Shown here: positions 1 to 11,073 of the stretch, one piece after another | Numbering within the stretch: position 1 is the stretch's first letter | Layout: every line of letters starts with the position of its first letter | Assembly: GCA_965218115.1 (NCBI GenBank) | Contig: OZ244584.1 | Coordinates: forward strand, 2,816,771-2,880,770 | Direction of reading: 5' to 3' | DNA: 64,000 nt | Source: Dehalococcoidia bacterium | GTDB lineage: Bacteria > Chloroflexota > Dehalococcoidia > Bin125 | Program-made: the position numbers and the translations under genes | Notes under the pieces: generated by a model | Told to the model about the DNA's origin: nothing | Seen by the model: the letters and a program-made list of their open reading frames with translations, nothing else | Database searches by the model: none

Positions 1-120
1 CGTGACCGTGGGCCCACCCGGCATGGCAGCCTCTCGTCGAGATTTTGGTGAGGATAGCAGGGGGCCGTCCCTATACTCGGGGGCAGTTCAACCCTCCGAT
101 TCGCCGACACGGGAGCCAGC

Positions 121-1041
121 ATGAGTTACGACTTCGTCCTCTACGAAACCAGCGCGCGCGTCGCCACGATCACGCTCAACCGCCCCGAGAAGCTCAACGC
201 GCTCTCGAACGAGCTGCGCGGCGAGCTGTTCCACGCGATGAAGACCGCGGAAGCCGACAACGCGATCGGCGTGGTGGTGGTCAAGGGCGCGGGCCGCGCC
301 TTCTCGGCCGGCTACGACCTGCAACCCTCACCCTCGGAGAGCGACTTCGTTAACGAGTGGACGCGCCTGCCCGACACCGGCACGACGCATCCGCAGCACT
401 ACGACTGGTCGCGCCACGCGGTGATGGGCAACTTCGTGATCTGGGAGCTGGCCAAGCCGGTGATCGCGCAGGTGCACGGCTACTGCCTGGCCGGCGCGAC
501 CGAGCTGGCCTCGGCCTGCGACCTGCGGATCATCGCCGAGGATTGCCAGGTCGGCTACCCACCGGTCCGCGCGATGGGCACGATGGACGCGATGTGGGCT
601 CCGTGGCACCTGCCGCAGGCCAAGGCGCGCGAGTTCGCCTACCTCGGCGACCCTCACACCGGCGCCGACATGTACCGCTGGGGCTGGGCCAACTACGCCC
701 TGCCGGCCGACGACCTGGACGAGTTCACCCAGGAGTTCGCGGCGCGCATGGGCCACATCGACAATCACCTGTTGATGTATTCAAAGCGCGCCGTCAACCG
801 CGCCTACGAGATTCAGGGCTACAAGACGGCGATGATCTCCGGCACCGATGTCGAGGCGATGAGCAAACACCGCCCCGAAGCCGGCGAGTGGGGCCGGCGC
901 GTGGCGGAGGACGGTCTCAAGGGCGCGCTCGAGTGGCGCGACGGGCCGTTCCGCGATTTCCGCGGCGCGCGCGCTAACGCCCCCCACGACCGAGCCCTCG
1001 CCACCGGCTCCGCAGCGCCCGCAAAGCCCAGCTGGGACTAA
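121..1041 (+). CDS. enoyl-CoA hydratase/isomerase (crotonase) family protein
   Basis: N-terminus 'TLNRPEKLNALS...VVVVKGAGRAFSAGYDL' is the classic crotonase fold signature; 306 aa; codon bias typical of the window. Confidence 0.9.
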   Translation: MSYDFVLYETSARVATITLNRPEKLNALSNELRGELFHAMKTAEADNAIGVVVVKGAGRAFSAGYDLQPSPSESDFVNEWTRLPDTGTTHPQHYDWSRHAVMGNFVIWELAKPVIAQVHGYCLAGATELASACDLRIIAEDCQVGYPPVRAMGTMDAMWAPWHLPQAKAREFAYLGDPHTGADMYRWGWANYALPADDLDEFTQEFAARMGHIDNHLLMYSKRAVNRAYEIQGYKTAMISGTDVEAMSKHRPEAGEWGRRVAEDGLKGALEWRDGPFRDFRGARANAPHDRALATGSAAPAKPSWD

Positions 1042-2184
1042 CTTCCCGCTCCATCGTTCCCTGTGCCCCCTTGAGCGGAGCTGCCGAACGCTGAGCGGGC
1101 GCCCGCCGCGCGTTCGGGCGCGTCGTCGTGTAGTAGTCAACCAGCGTGAAGCCGACCGTCGTGACCGGCACCGCCACGAACGCGCCGAGGATGCCCCACA
1201 GCGTGGCGCCGATCGCCACCGCCACCAGAATCACGGCGGGGTGCAGGGAGACCGCGCGGCCGACGATCAGCGGCGCGAGCAGGTTGCCCTCGAGCTGCTG
1301 CACCGCGAGGACGAGCACTCCCACCCCGATCGCCGCGCCGACCCCCTCGGCGGCGAGCGCGACCAGGACCGCGGCGACGCCCGCGAGGATCGCGCCGATG
1401 ATCGGGATGAACGCGCCGAAGAAGGTCAGCACGGCGAGTGGCAGCACGAACGGCACGCCGATGATCGCGAGACCGATGCCGATCAACACGGCGTCGACGA
1501 AGGCGACCGCCACGATGCCCCGGAAATAGCGGCCGAGCGTCGTCAGATCGCGTTGCTGATCGCCAGAAAGTCGCGCCGCTGTGTCCGACCCATGCGCCGC
1601 GCGATCGCCCGCTGCATCCGCTCGGCGTCCTTCACGATCAGGAACAGCAGGACGACCAGCAAGACCGCGCCGGCGACGACCTCGGCAAGCACGAGCACGC
1701 CGCTGAACAGACCGCCGGCCAGCGTGCCGGCGCTGCCACGGGCCTCCTCGACAATGTCGTCGATCGCCTCGTTGATGGTTTCGTCGGGCACGCCGAGTGT
1801 GGCGGCGACGCCGTCGCCCAGCTTTTCGAGGCCCTCCTCGATATCGAAGTTGAGCTCCTGGAAGTCCTCCACGAACGTCGCGGCCACGCCGCCCGCCACC
1901 GCCGCCAGCAGCAGCGCCGCGCCGCCGACCACGACGACCGCGGCCAGCGTGTTCGAGAGGCCGCGTCGGCGCAGCCAGCGCTTGGCCGGCAGCAGCGATG
2001 TCGCGAGGATGATCGCGGCCAGCACGGGCAGGAAGATCAACCGCAGCCGCGCCGCCGCCAGACCGAGCAGGATCAGGAAGCCGGCCACGACCAGCAGACG
2101 CCATGAGAGGTCGGAGAGGGAGCGCAGCCAGGATGGCGAGGTGGGTGTCATTCGCGCTCGGCTTCCGCTTCGTAGCCCGCACAT
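974..2184 (-). CDS. AI-2E family (PerM/YhhT-like) transporter, interrupted by a frameshift near 1545-1575
   Basis: N-terminal half (ORF 1543..2184, TM helices plus '...LIVKDAERMQRAIARRMGR') and C-terminal half (other frame, 974..~1600, 'LGRYFRGIVAVAFVDAVLIGIGLAIIGVPFVLPLAVLTFFGAFIPIIGAIL') together make a full AI-2E protein; the two halves are in different frames. Confidence 0.6.
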
Positions 2185-2363
2185 GCCATAACTGGTAGCG
2201 GAGGGTACTTGGCGAAGCGCGAATCGAGCCGATGGCGGCCACAGAGCAGAAACTCGCTGCCGCGGCGGTTGGCGAGGCTGCGCGCCCAGACGCAGGTGTT
2301 ACACAGGCCACGCTGCGCCCGCTCGGCGCGCTCGCGAATCGATTGATCGGGCGGGTTTGCCAT
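2148..2363 (-). CDS. small Cys-containing hypothetical protein (71 aa)
   Basis: ORF with 'CNTC...LLCGRH' putative metal-binding residues; overlaps the 5' end of the transporter gene; weak support. Confidence 0.3.
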   Translation of the reverse strand: MANPPDQSIRERAERAQRGLCNTCVWARSLANRRGSEFLLCGRHRLDSRFAKYPPLPVMACAGYEAEAERE

Positions 2364-2417
2364 TCCTAAGCTCTAGCATCATCAGCGGGCGCCGGTCGGC
2401 GCGTTGATAGGGGTCGT

Positions 2418-3176
2418 ATGCGTCTGACCGTGCTCGGCTCAGGCGCGGCGTGTCCGCCCGCCGGCGGCGTCTGCTCCGCCTATCTGATCGAAGAGCGCGG
2501 CGTCTGCATCCTGCTCGATTGCGGCCACGGCGCCGCGGCCGCGCTGCTCGAGCAGCGGCCCGACGCCGACATCGACCACATCATCATCTCGCACATGCAC
2601 GCCGACCACTTCATCGACGTGCTGCCGCTGCGCTTCCGGCTGACCCGCGAGATGACCGGCCTGCGCGACCGCCGCGTGCAGCTGCACTTGCCGCCCGGCG
2701 GGATCGCCGCCTTCGCTGGTGTGCTCCGGGCCGTGTGCTTCCCGCCTGATTTTCTCTCCAACACGTTCCAGGTCTGCGAATATGCAGCCGGCTCGGCGTT
2801 GGCGCTGGGCGACGGCGTGACGGCGATGTTCGCTGAGGGGCTGCACTACATCCCCAGTCACGCGGTGCGAATCGATGGCGAGCGTTCGCTCGTGTACACC
2901 GGCGACACCGCCCCGACTGCGGAAGTCGTCGAGCTCGCGCGCGGCGCCGACATTCTGCTCAGCGAGGCGACGCTGGACGAGCCGGAGGTCGGCCCGGAAC
3001 GCGGGCATCTGACGGCCGTTCAGGCGGCGGAGCTGGCCGCCGCCGCCGGGCTGGAACGCCTGATTCTGACCCACTTCTGGTTCGACACGGATCGCGACGC
3101 GGCGTGCGCGGAGGCGCGCGCCGGGTTTGCCGGTACGGTCACAGCCGCGTATGACGGAATGCAGGTCGAGTTTTAG
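2418..3176 (+). CDS. MBL-fold metallo-hydrolase
   Basis: 'ILLDCGHG...IIISHMHADHF' HxHxDH metallo-beta-lactamase motif; 252 aa. Confidence 0.85.
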   Translation: MRLTVLGSGAACPPAGGVCSAYLIEERGVCILLDCGHGAAAALLEQRPDADIDHIIISHMHADHFIDVLPLRFRLTREMTGLRDRRVQLHLPPGGIAAFAGVLRAVCFPPDFLSNTFQVCEYAAGSALALGDGVTAMFAEGLHYIPSHAVRIDGERSLVYTGDTAPTAEVVELARGADILLSEATLDEPEVGPERGHLTAVQAAELAAAAGLERLILTHFWFDTDRDAACAEARAGFAGTVTAAYDGMQVEF

Positions 3177-3217
3177 GCGCCCACCGGAACGCGGCCAGCG
3201 CAGGAGCGTCCGAGCTG

Positions 3218-4378
3218 ATGATTCGCCACCTCTGGAGCGGGCTCGCGGCGGTCGCTCTCGGACTGCTGATCGTCGCGCTCACCGCGTGCTCCTCGAGCGA
3301 TCCCCAACCCGGCCCCCCGCCCCCTGCGCAGCAAGCCCCACAGGCCCAGCAGACCCAACCAGCGCCCGTTGAGCCACAGTCCGGCGCCGAGCAGCCGGGA
3401 CAAGCCGAGCAGCGCGCCGCCGCGCAGACCGAGCCGCCGCGCCCGTCGCAACAGGTCGAGCCGCAGGCCGGCCAAGCTGATTCGCAGGAGCCTCAACAGC
3501 CTCAACAGGCACAGGCACAGGCACAGGCGGCGGCTGACGCTCAACAGTCGGCGCCTCGCGCGACCGACTTCCCCGAGGGCCTGCGGATCGTCTCGCTGTT
3601 CGGCGACCTCACTGAGATCATCTACGCGCTGGGCGCGGGCCATCTGGTGGTCGGACGCGACGCCAGCTCGATCTTCCCGCCCGAGGCCGAGCTGCTGCCC
3701 AACCTCGGGTTCACCCAGGCGCTCTCGGCCGAGGGCGTGCTCGCGCTCGAGCCAACGCTCGTGATCGGCAACCAGACGGCGGGGCCGTCCGACGTGCTCG
3801 AGCAGATTCGCGACGCTGGCGTTGAGGTGGTGATCATCGACAGCCCCTCGACCTTCGACGCGATGGGCCTGAAGATCCGCGCGGTTGGCGTCGCGCTGGG
3901 CATCGAGCAACGGGCCGAAGCGTTCGCCGCAGCGGCCGAAGTTCGGCTCGATGCGGTGCTCGCGGACGTGGCGGCGCGCAATCCCGAGGGCGATGCGCGG
4001 CCTTCGGTACTCTTTATCTACGTGCGTCGCGGTGGTCTGCAGCTGGTCGCCGGCGAAGGCTCGGCGGCCGCAACGATCATCGAAGCGGCGGGCGGCACTG
4101 ATGCCGGGACGGCCGCCGGCGTGATCGGCTTCGTTCCACTCACGCCCGAAGCCGTCGTGGCGGCTGATCCGGAGGTCATTCTGGTGATGGATCGAGGCCT
4201 CGCGGCGATCGGCGGCGTGTCCGCGTTGCTGGAGATTCCCGGCGTCGCGCAGACCCGGGCGGGACGTAATCAGCGATTCGTCTCGATGGAGGACCTGTAT
4301 CTGCTCGGCTTCGGCCCGCGTTTGCCCGATGCGCTGCAAGACCTCGCAGCGCAGCTCCGCGCCGCGATGGAGGAGTAA
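3218..4378 (+). CDS. ABC transporter substrate-binding lipoprotein (iron-siderophore/hemin/B12 TroA-like class)
   Basis: Lipobox 'LTAC'; long Pro/Gln-rich linker; C-terminal domain typical of FecB/HmuT-type binding proteins; directly upstream of FecCD permease and ATPase. Confidence 0.8.
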   Translation: MIRHLWSGLAAVALGLLIVALTACSSSDPQPGPPPPAQQAPQAQQTQPAPVEPQSGAEQPGQAEQRAAAQTEPPRPSQQVEPQAGQADSQEPQQPQQAQAQAQAAADAQQSAPRATDFPEGLRIVSLFGDLTEIIYALGAGHLVVGRDASSIFPPEAELLPNLGFTQALSAEGVLALEPTLVIGNQTAGPSDVLEQIRDAGVEVVIIDSPSTFDAMGLKIRAVGVALGIEQRAEAFAAAAEVRLDAVLADVAARNPEGDARPSVLFIYVRRGGLQLVAGEGSAAATIIEAAGGTDAGTAAGVIGFVPLTPEAVVAADPEVILVMDRGLAAIGGVSALLEIPGVAQTRAGRNQRFVSMEDLYLLGFGPRLPDALQDLAAQLRAAMEE

Positions 4379-4404
4379 CGATCGCCTCGCGACCACTCAC
4401 TCAG

Positions 4405-5487
4405 ATGCTGGAGCGCCGCGCGCAGGCCGTGGCGGCCGTCTCAGCGCCGCCCACGCTCGTGCGGGCGAAGTCGCCGCTCGGCTGGGCCACGCTGATCGGC
4501 GGCGTGATCGCGCTGTTGGTCGCCAACCTCTCGATCGGCGCATTCGACATTGGCGCGGGCACGATCGTCGAGGTGTTGCTCTACAAGCTTGGGCTCGTCG
4601 CTCGCGGCGATTTCACGATCGCCGAGGAATCGGTGATCTCGGTGATCCGCTTGCCGCGCACGCTGATGGCGGCGGCGGTCGGCGCCGGGCTGGGCGTCTC
4701 GGGGGCGGCGCTGCAGGGCCTGTTCCGCAACCCGCTGGCCGAGCCGAGTCTGATCGGTGTCTCCAGCGGGGCCGCATTCGCGGCGGCGTTGGTGCTGGTG
4801 CTCGGCCTCACCGGAGCGTTCGCACTGCCGATGGGCGCATTTGCGGGCGGCCTGCTCGTGTCGCTGCTGATCTACGCCTTCGCGCGTCGCGGCGGCCGCA
4901 CCCAGATGGCCACGATGCTGCTGGCCGGGATCGCGATCAACGCCGCGCTCGGCGCCGCGATCAGCTTCCTCGTCTTTCTGGCCGACGACGCGGCGCTGCG
5001 CGACATCACCTTCTGGCTGCTCGGCAGCCTCTCCGGCTCCGTCTGGCGGCTGGTCGTGATCTGCGCACCGCTGATCGTCGGCGCGAGCATCGTGCTGATG
5101 CGCTATGGGGCAACGCTCAACCTGCTCAGCCTCGGCGACGCCGAGGCGCGCCATATGGGCCTGCGGGTGGAGCGTTCGCAGTTCGCGATCGTAACCGCGG
5201 CTGCACTGGCCACCGGGGCCGGAGTAGCGGTGGCGGGTATCGTGGGGTTCGTGGGGCTGGCTGCGCCGCACATCGTGCGGCTCGTGGTCGGGCCCGATCA
5301 TCGCCGCCTGTTGCCGGCCAGCGCGTTGGCCGGCGCGATCCTCGTGCTGGGCGCCGACATGTTCGCCCGCACGGTGGTCGCGCCCGCCGAGATGCCTGTG
5401 GGAATCGTGACCGCCGTGATCGGAACGCCGATGTTCCTGCTGCTGATCGACCGCTCGCGGCGTCGGCTTGAGCAGTCTGGCTGGTAG
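4405..5487 (+). CDS. FecCD-family ABC permease (iron/hemin/B12 import)
   Basis: Multi-TM protein with FecCD signature 'LLAGIAINAALGAAISFLVF...FWLLGSLSG'; 360 aa. Confidence 0.9.
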   Translation: MLERRAQAVAAVSAPPTLVRAKSPLGWATLIGGVIALLVANLSIGAFDIGAGTIVEVLLYKLGLVARGDFTIAEESVISVIRLPRTLMAAAVGAGLGVSGAALQGLFRNPLAEPSLIGVSSGAAFAAALVLVLGLTGAFALPMGAFAGGLLVSLLIYAFARRGGRTQMATMLLAGIAINAALGAAISFLVFLADDAALRDITFWLLGSLSGSVWRLVVICAPLIVGASIVLMRYGATLNLLSLGDAEARHMGLRVERSQFAIVTAAALATGAGVAVAGIVGFVGLAAPHIVRLVVGPDHRRLLPASALAGAILVLGADMFARTVVAPAEMPVGIVTAVIGTPMFLLLIDRSRRRLEQSGW

Positions 5488-5489
5488 CC

Positions 5490-6314
5490 ATGAGCGACAT
5501 ATCCCGCCAACCCTCTCACCCGGCGCTGCGCGCCGACTCGGTCGGCTTCTCGATCGATGGCGACGATCTGCTGCGCGACGTCAGCCTCGATATCCACGGC
5601 GGCGAGCTGGTCGCGGTCGTCGGACCCAACGGCGCGGGCAAGACGACGTTGCTGCGGCTGCTCGCCGGAGACGCCGCGCCGAGCAGCGGCGAGCTGTACC
5701 TCGACGCGCGCCCGATCGCCGACTACAGCCCGCGCGAGCTCGCGCGGCGACGCGCGGTGATGCCGCAGAGCAGCTATCTACCGTTCCTCTTCACCGCTCG
5801 CGAGGTCGTGCGCATGGGCCGCGCGCCCTGGGAGGGCGAGCGCGGCGAGCGCGAGCACGGCGCCGAACTGGCCGACCGCGTCATGGGCCTGACCGACACG
5901 CGCGAATACGCGCCGCGCGCCTATCCCACGCTGTCCGGCGGCGAGCAGTCGCGCGTCACCCTGGCCCGCGTGCTGGCGCAGGAGACGCCGATTCTGGTCG
6001 TCGACGAACCGACCGCGCATCTCGACCCGCGTCACCAGCATCTGGTGCTCGACCTGCTGCACGAACTCGCCTCGGAGGGGGCGGCGATCGTCGCCGTGCT
6101 GCACGACCTGAATCTGGCTGCGGCCTACGCCGATCGGGTGGCGCTGCTGCATCGCGGCGAGCTGGTCTGCTGCGCCCACCCCGACGAGGCGCTCGACCCT
6201 GCCGTGCTGAAGCCGGTCTTTGGCCTTGACTTCGTCTCACAGCGCCATCCCGACGCTGATCGCCCCGTGCTGATCCCGCTGCCAGGGCGCCTCGGCGCGC
6301 CGCCTCAGGATTGA
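5490..6314 (+). CDS. ABC transporter ATP-binding protein (HmuV/FecE-like)
   Basis: Walker A 'GPNGAGKTTL', signature 'LSGGEQSRV', Walker B 'ILVVDEPTAHLD'; start overlaps permease stop. Confidence 0.9.
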   Translation: MSDISRQPSHPALRADSVGFSIDGDDLLRDVSLDIHGGELVAVVGPNGAGKTTLLRLLAGDAAPSSGELYLDARPIADYSPRELARRRAVMPQSSYLPFLFTAREVVRMGRAPWEGERGEREHGAELADRVMGLTDTREYAPRAYPTLSGGEQSRVTLARVLAQETPILVVDEPTAHLDPRHQHLVLDLLHELASEGAAIVAVLHDLNLAAAYADRVALLHRGELVCCAHPDEALDPAVLKPVFGLDFVSQRHPDADRPVLIPLPGRLGAPPQD

Positions 6315-6455
6315 GCGCGCCGGTGCGTCAGCGGCATGTTGTCGACGCGTCGTCGGTGTGTCATGGGCGTCGCCCGCGGGCGATCGGCCGGACAAGGGCG
6401 GTTTTTCACCAATGAAGGTGATAAACTCCTGAAACACAGTAGAGGCGACCCGATG

Positions 6456-7091
6456 AGACCTCGCGATACCCGCTCCGTTCTGCTGCAGCACGTCGTCGAG
6501 ATGGGCGGCGCCACCGTCGCCGCACTCAGCGCCGCCGTCGGCATCTCCGATGCCACGGTGCGCCGCCACCTCGAGCGCCTCGAGGCCGACGGATTGCTCG
6601 AGATTGAAGCGCTGCGGCGCGGGCCGGGCCGGCCGTCCTACCTCTACCGCGCCACCAACACTGGCGTCAGCGCCGTGCGGGACCGCTCGGCGCTGCTGAC
6701 TGAACGTCTGCTGGCCGAGATGATTCGTCTGCGTGTCCCTCCCGCGGCGCTCTCCAACGCGCTGGCCAATCAGGTCGCCGACGCTCACCGCGCCGAAGTG
6801 CACGAGGGCAGCCTCGAAGAGCGCGTCGGCGATGTCGTCGACGCCTTGCGGCCCGAAGGCATCCTCGACAGTTGGGAGCGCGAGGCGGATGGCATCCACC
6901 TGGTCAACAACGCCTGCCCGTATCTGGGCGCGGCGACCACAAGCGATTGCGTGTGCGAGGCTGACCGCCTCGTGATCGAAAAGCTGCTCGGCGTCGAAGT
7001 CGAGCAGACCGGCCGCCTGGCCGGCGGCGACCCGGGCTGCGAGTACGTCGTGCCGCTGCACTTCGTCGAACCCGAACAGCAGGCGGTCTGA
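6456..7091 (+). CDS. sufR: SufR-like Fe-S cluster biogenesis transcriptional regulator (winged HTH plus C-terminal Cys cluster)
   Basis: wHTH 'ATVAALSAAVGISDATVRRHLERLEADGLL'; C-terminal Cys cluster 'CPYLG...CVCEADR...GCEY'; directly upstream of sufCBD; start chosen at ATG 6456 with a GAGG RBS (longer ORF begins 6336). Confidence 0.7.
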   Translation, partial: RPRDTRSVLLQHVVEMGGATVAALSAAVGISDATVRRHLERLEADGLLEIEALRRGPGRPSYLYRATNTGVSAVRDRSALLTERLLAEMIRLRVPPAALSNALANQVADAHRAEVHEGSLEERVGDVVDALRPEGILDSWEREADGIHLVNNACPYLGAATTSDCVCEADRLVIEKLLGVEVEQTGRLAGGDPGCEYVVPLHFVEPEQQAV

Positions 7092-7134
7092 TCTGCCCCT
7101 ACGTGACACACACCCTGAAAGGCGACGCGAGCGT

Positions 7135-7928
7135 ATGACAGCTCCGCTCTTCGAAATTGACGCGCTGCGAGTCTCGGTTGACGACATTCCGATCGTCAAA
7201 GACCTCTCGCTGACCCTGCGGGCCGGCGAAGTGCACGCGATCATGGGGCCCAACGGCTCCGGCAAAAGCACGCTCGCGAACACCCTCATGGGCCACCCGC
7301 GCTACACCGTCAACGGTGGCGATGTGCGGCTGCGCGGCGCGAGCATTCGCGACGTCGCGACCGACGAGCGGGCGCGCGCCGGCCTGTTCCTCGCCTTCCA
7401 GTATCCGACCGATGTGCCCGGCGTCTCGATGATCAACTTTCTGCGCCGCGCGATGAGCGCCCGGCGCGGTGAGGACATTCCCGTCCGCGAGTTCCGCCGG
7501 CGGCTCAATGAGGTGCTCGCGGAGCTACAGATCGATGAGCAGTTCGTGCGCCGCTACGTCAACGACGGTTTCTCGGGCGGCGAAAAGAAGCGGGCCGAGA
7601 TTCTGCAGCTCGGCCTGCTCCAGCCCGATGTCGCGGTCATGGACGAAACCGACTCCGGGCTCGATATCGACGCGCTGCGAATCGTTGCCGAGGGCATCAA
7701 CGCATTCCACTCCGAGCAGAACGCGATCCTGCTGATCACCCACTACCAGCGCATCCTGCACTATGTACAGCCCGACCACGTGCATGTGCTGATCGACGGT
7801 GCCATCGTCGAATCCGGCGACGCCAGTCTCGCCGAGCGGCTCGAAGCCGACGGCTACGAACCGTTCCAGGAACTCACCGGCCGTGCACGCGCCAACAGTG
7901 GCGCACGTCAGGAAGGCTTGGTCTCCGT

Positions 7929-7932
<4 letters not shown>
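7135..7932 (+). CDS. sufC: Fe-S cluster assembly ATPase SufC
   Basis: '[22 protein letters not shown]...', ABC signature and Walker B; 265 aa; ATGA overlap with sufB. Confidence 0.95.
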
Positions 7933-9332
<1,400 letters not shown>

Positions 9333-9400
9333 GCGATTGGCCCAAGCGACGCCGACCAGGCGCCCCGATTGCGGCGCCAGCCTTACGGAGCTGAACCTGC

Positions 9401-10759
9401 ATGAGTGAAGCCACGCTCACCCTTGCACCGACCGACGATCCGGCGCTCGCGCCGCTCGGCGACCGCGTTGACGCGATCAGCGCGGCGCTCGACGAACCCG
9501 GTTGGCTGCGCGACCGCCGCCACGCCGCGCTCCAGCACGCGCTCGCGACCCCTTGGCCCTCCGTCAAGGAAGAGACCTGGCGGCGCACCCCGGAGCGTCT
9601 GCCGCGCCGGCTCGAGCCCGCGCTGCCGACGGCCAGGAACGGTGCGATCGCCGCACATCTCTTCGCGCCGCAGGCGCGCACCGGCCTCCTGCACCACGCC
9701 GCGGGCCTGGCCGTTGACGCCACGCTGCGGGCCGACGCTGAGGCCTCGGGCGTGTTGCTGGCGCCGCTCTCGGAGGCGGCCCGCGAGCACCCTGATCTGG
9801 TCCAGCGCTGGCTGGGCACGACACACGCCGGGTCGTTCGACCGCTACGGCGCGCTCGGCGCAGCGCTCTGGACGCAGGGCGTGTTCTGTTACATCCCGCC
9901 CCGGCTGCAGCTCCACCAGTCGCTGTTTCACCTCACCGCGCAGGCCGCCGACGCCTCAGACCTCTGGTCCTACACGCTGATCGCCGCCGACCGTGAGAGC
10001 GCTGCCTCCTTCGTCGAAGCCGGCGCCGGGCCGTCCGACGCGCGGGGCGACGGCGCCCGTGCACCGTTCATCCACAGCCTGATCGAGATCGTCGCCGCCG
10101 ACGCGGCGCAGCTCACGTTCGACACCGTCCAGCGCTGGAGCCCCAACACGGCCGCGCTGACCACCGCCGTCGGCGCGGTCGGGCGCGATGCCACGATCCA
10201 GTACAACACTGTCTCGATCGGCGCGGATGTCGACAAGCAGCGGATCGACATGGAGCTCGGTCAGCCGGGCGGCCATGCCGACCTCCACGGCGTCTTCGTC
10301 GGGCGTGGCCACCAGCACATCGAGCACATCACCAGGCAGCACCACAGCGGCGTCGGCGCGACCAGTGACCTGCTCGTTCGCGGCGTGCTCACCGACGAGT
10401 CGCACGCCGTGCAATACGGCGTGATCCAGATCGAGCCGGAGGGCCAGAAGACCGCCGCGTTCCAGACCATGCGCAACCTGCTGCTCGACGCGGGCGCGGG
10501 CGCAGACCCCATTCCGGTGCTCGAGATCGAGGCCGACGACGTCAAGTGCTCGCACGCCGCGGCCGTCGGGCCGGTCAGCCCCGAGCAGCTCTTCTACCTC
10601 GCGTCGCGCGGGATCCCGCCGGCGATCGCCGAGCGCATGGTCGTGCGCGGCTTCCTCGCCGAGATCATCGACGGCATCGCCGACGAGCACCTGCGCGAGG
10701 TGATCGACGAGCTGATCGAAGAGCAGCTACAGATTCCCCATACGGAGGTGCGCGAATGA
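9401..10759 (+). CDS. sufD: Fe-S cluster assembly protein SufD
   Basis: 452 aa SufB/SufD-family paralog downstream of sufB; C-terminal 'FYLASRGIPPAIAERMVVRGF'. Confidence 0.9.
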   Translation: MSEATLTLAPTDDPALAPLGDRVDAISAALDEPGWLRDRRHAALQHALATPWPSVKEETWRRTPERLPRRLEPALPTARNGAIAAHLFAPQARTGLLHHAAGLAVDATLRADAEASGVLLAPLSEAAREHPDLVQRWLGTTHAGSFDRYGALGAALWTQGVFCYIPPRLQLHQSLFHLTAQAADASDLWSYTLIAADRESAASFVEAGAGPSDARGDGARAPFIHSLIEIVAADAAQLTFDTVQRWSPNTAALTTAVGAVGRDATIQYNTVSIGADVDKQRIDMELGQPGGHADLHGVFVGRGHQHIEHITRQHHSGVGATSDLLVRGVLTDESHAVQYGVIQIEPEGQKTAAFQTMRNLLLDAGAGADPIPVLEIEADDVKCSHAAAVGPVSPEQLFYLASRGIPPAIAERMVVRGFLAEIIDGIADEHLREVIDELIEEQLQIPHTEVRE

Positions 10760-11073
10760 CCACCCATCAGCTCGGTCCGATCGATGATCTGCCCGCCGGC
10801 ACGGCGCGCGTCGTCGAGTGCGGGGGCCACAGCATCGCGCTCTGCCGCGTCGATTCGGGTGAGGTCTATGCGATCGAGAATCGCTGCACGCACGACGATG
10901 GCCCGCTCGGCGAAGGCGACCTCGAGGGCGTGATGCTCGAATGCCCGCGCCACGGCGCGCTGTTCGATGTCACTACCGGCGACGCGAAGACGCTGCCGGC
11001 TGTCGGTCGCGTCAGCTGCTACACGGTCTCGGTGGTCGAGGGCGAGCTGCAGCTCGAGGTGGACGCTTCGTGA
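10756..11073 (+). CDS. Rieske (2Fe-2S) ferredoxin-like protein
   Basis: 'CTHDDGPL...CPRHGALF' Rieske CXH...CXXH motifs; ATGA overlap with sufD stop, GTGA overlap with sufS start. Confidence 0.85.
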   Translation: MTTHQLGPIDDLPAGTARVVECGGHSIALCRVDSGEVYAIENRCTHDDGPLGEGDLEGVMLECPRHGALFDVTTGDAKTLPAVGRVSCYTVSVVEGELQLEVDAS

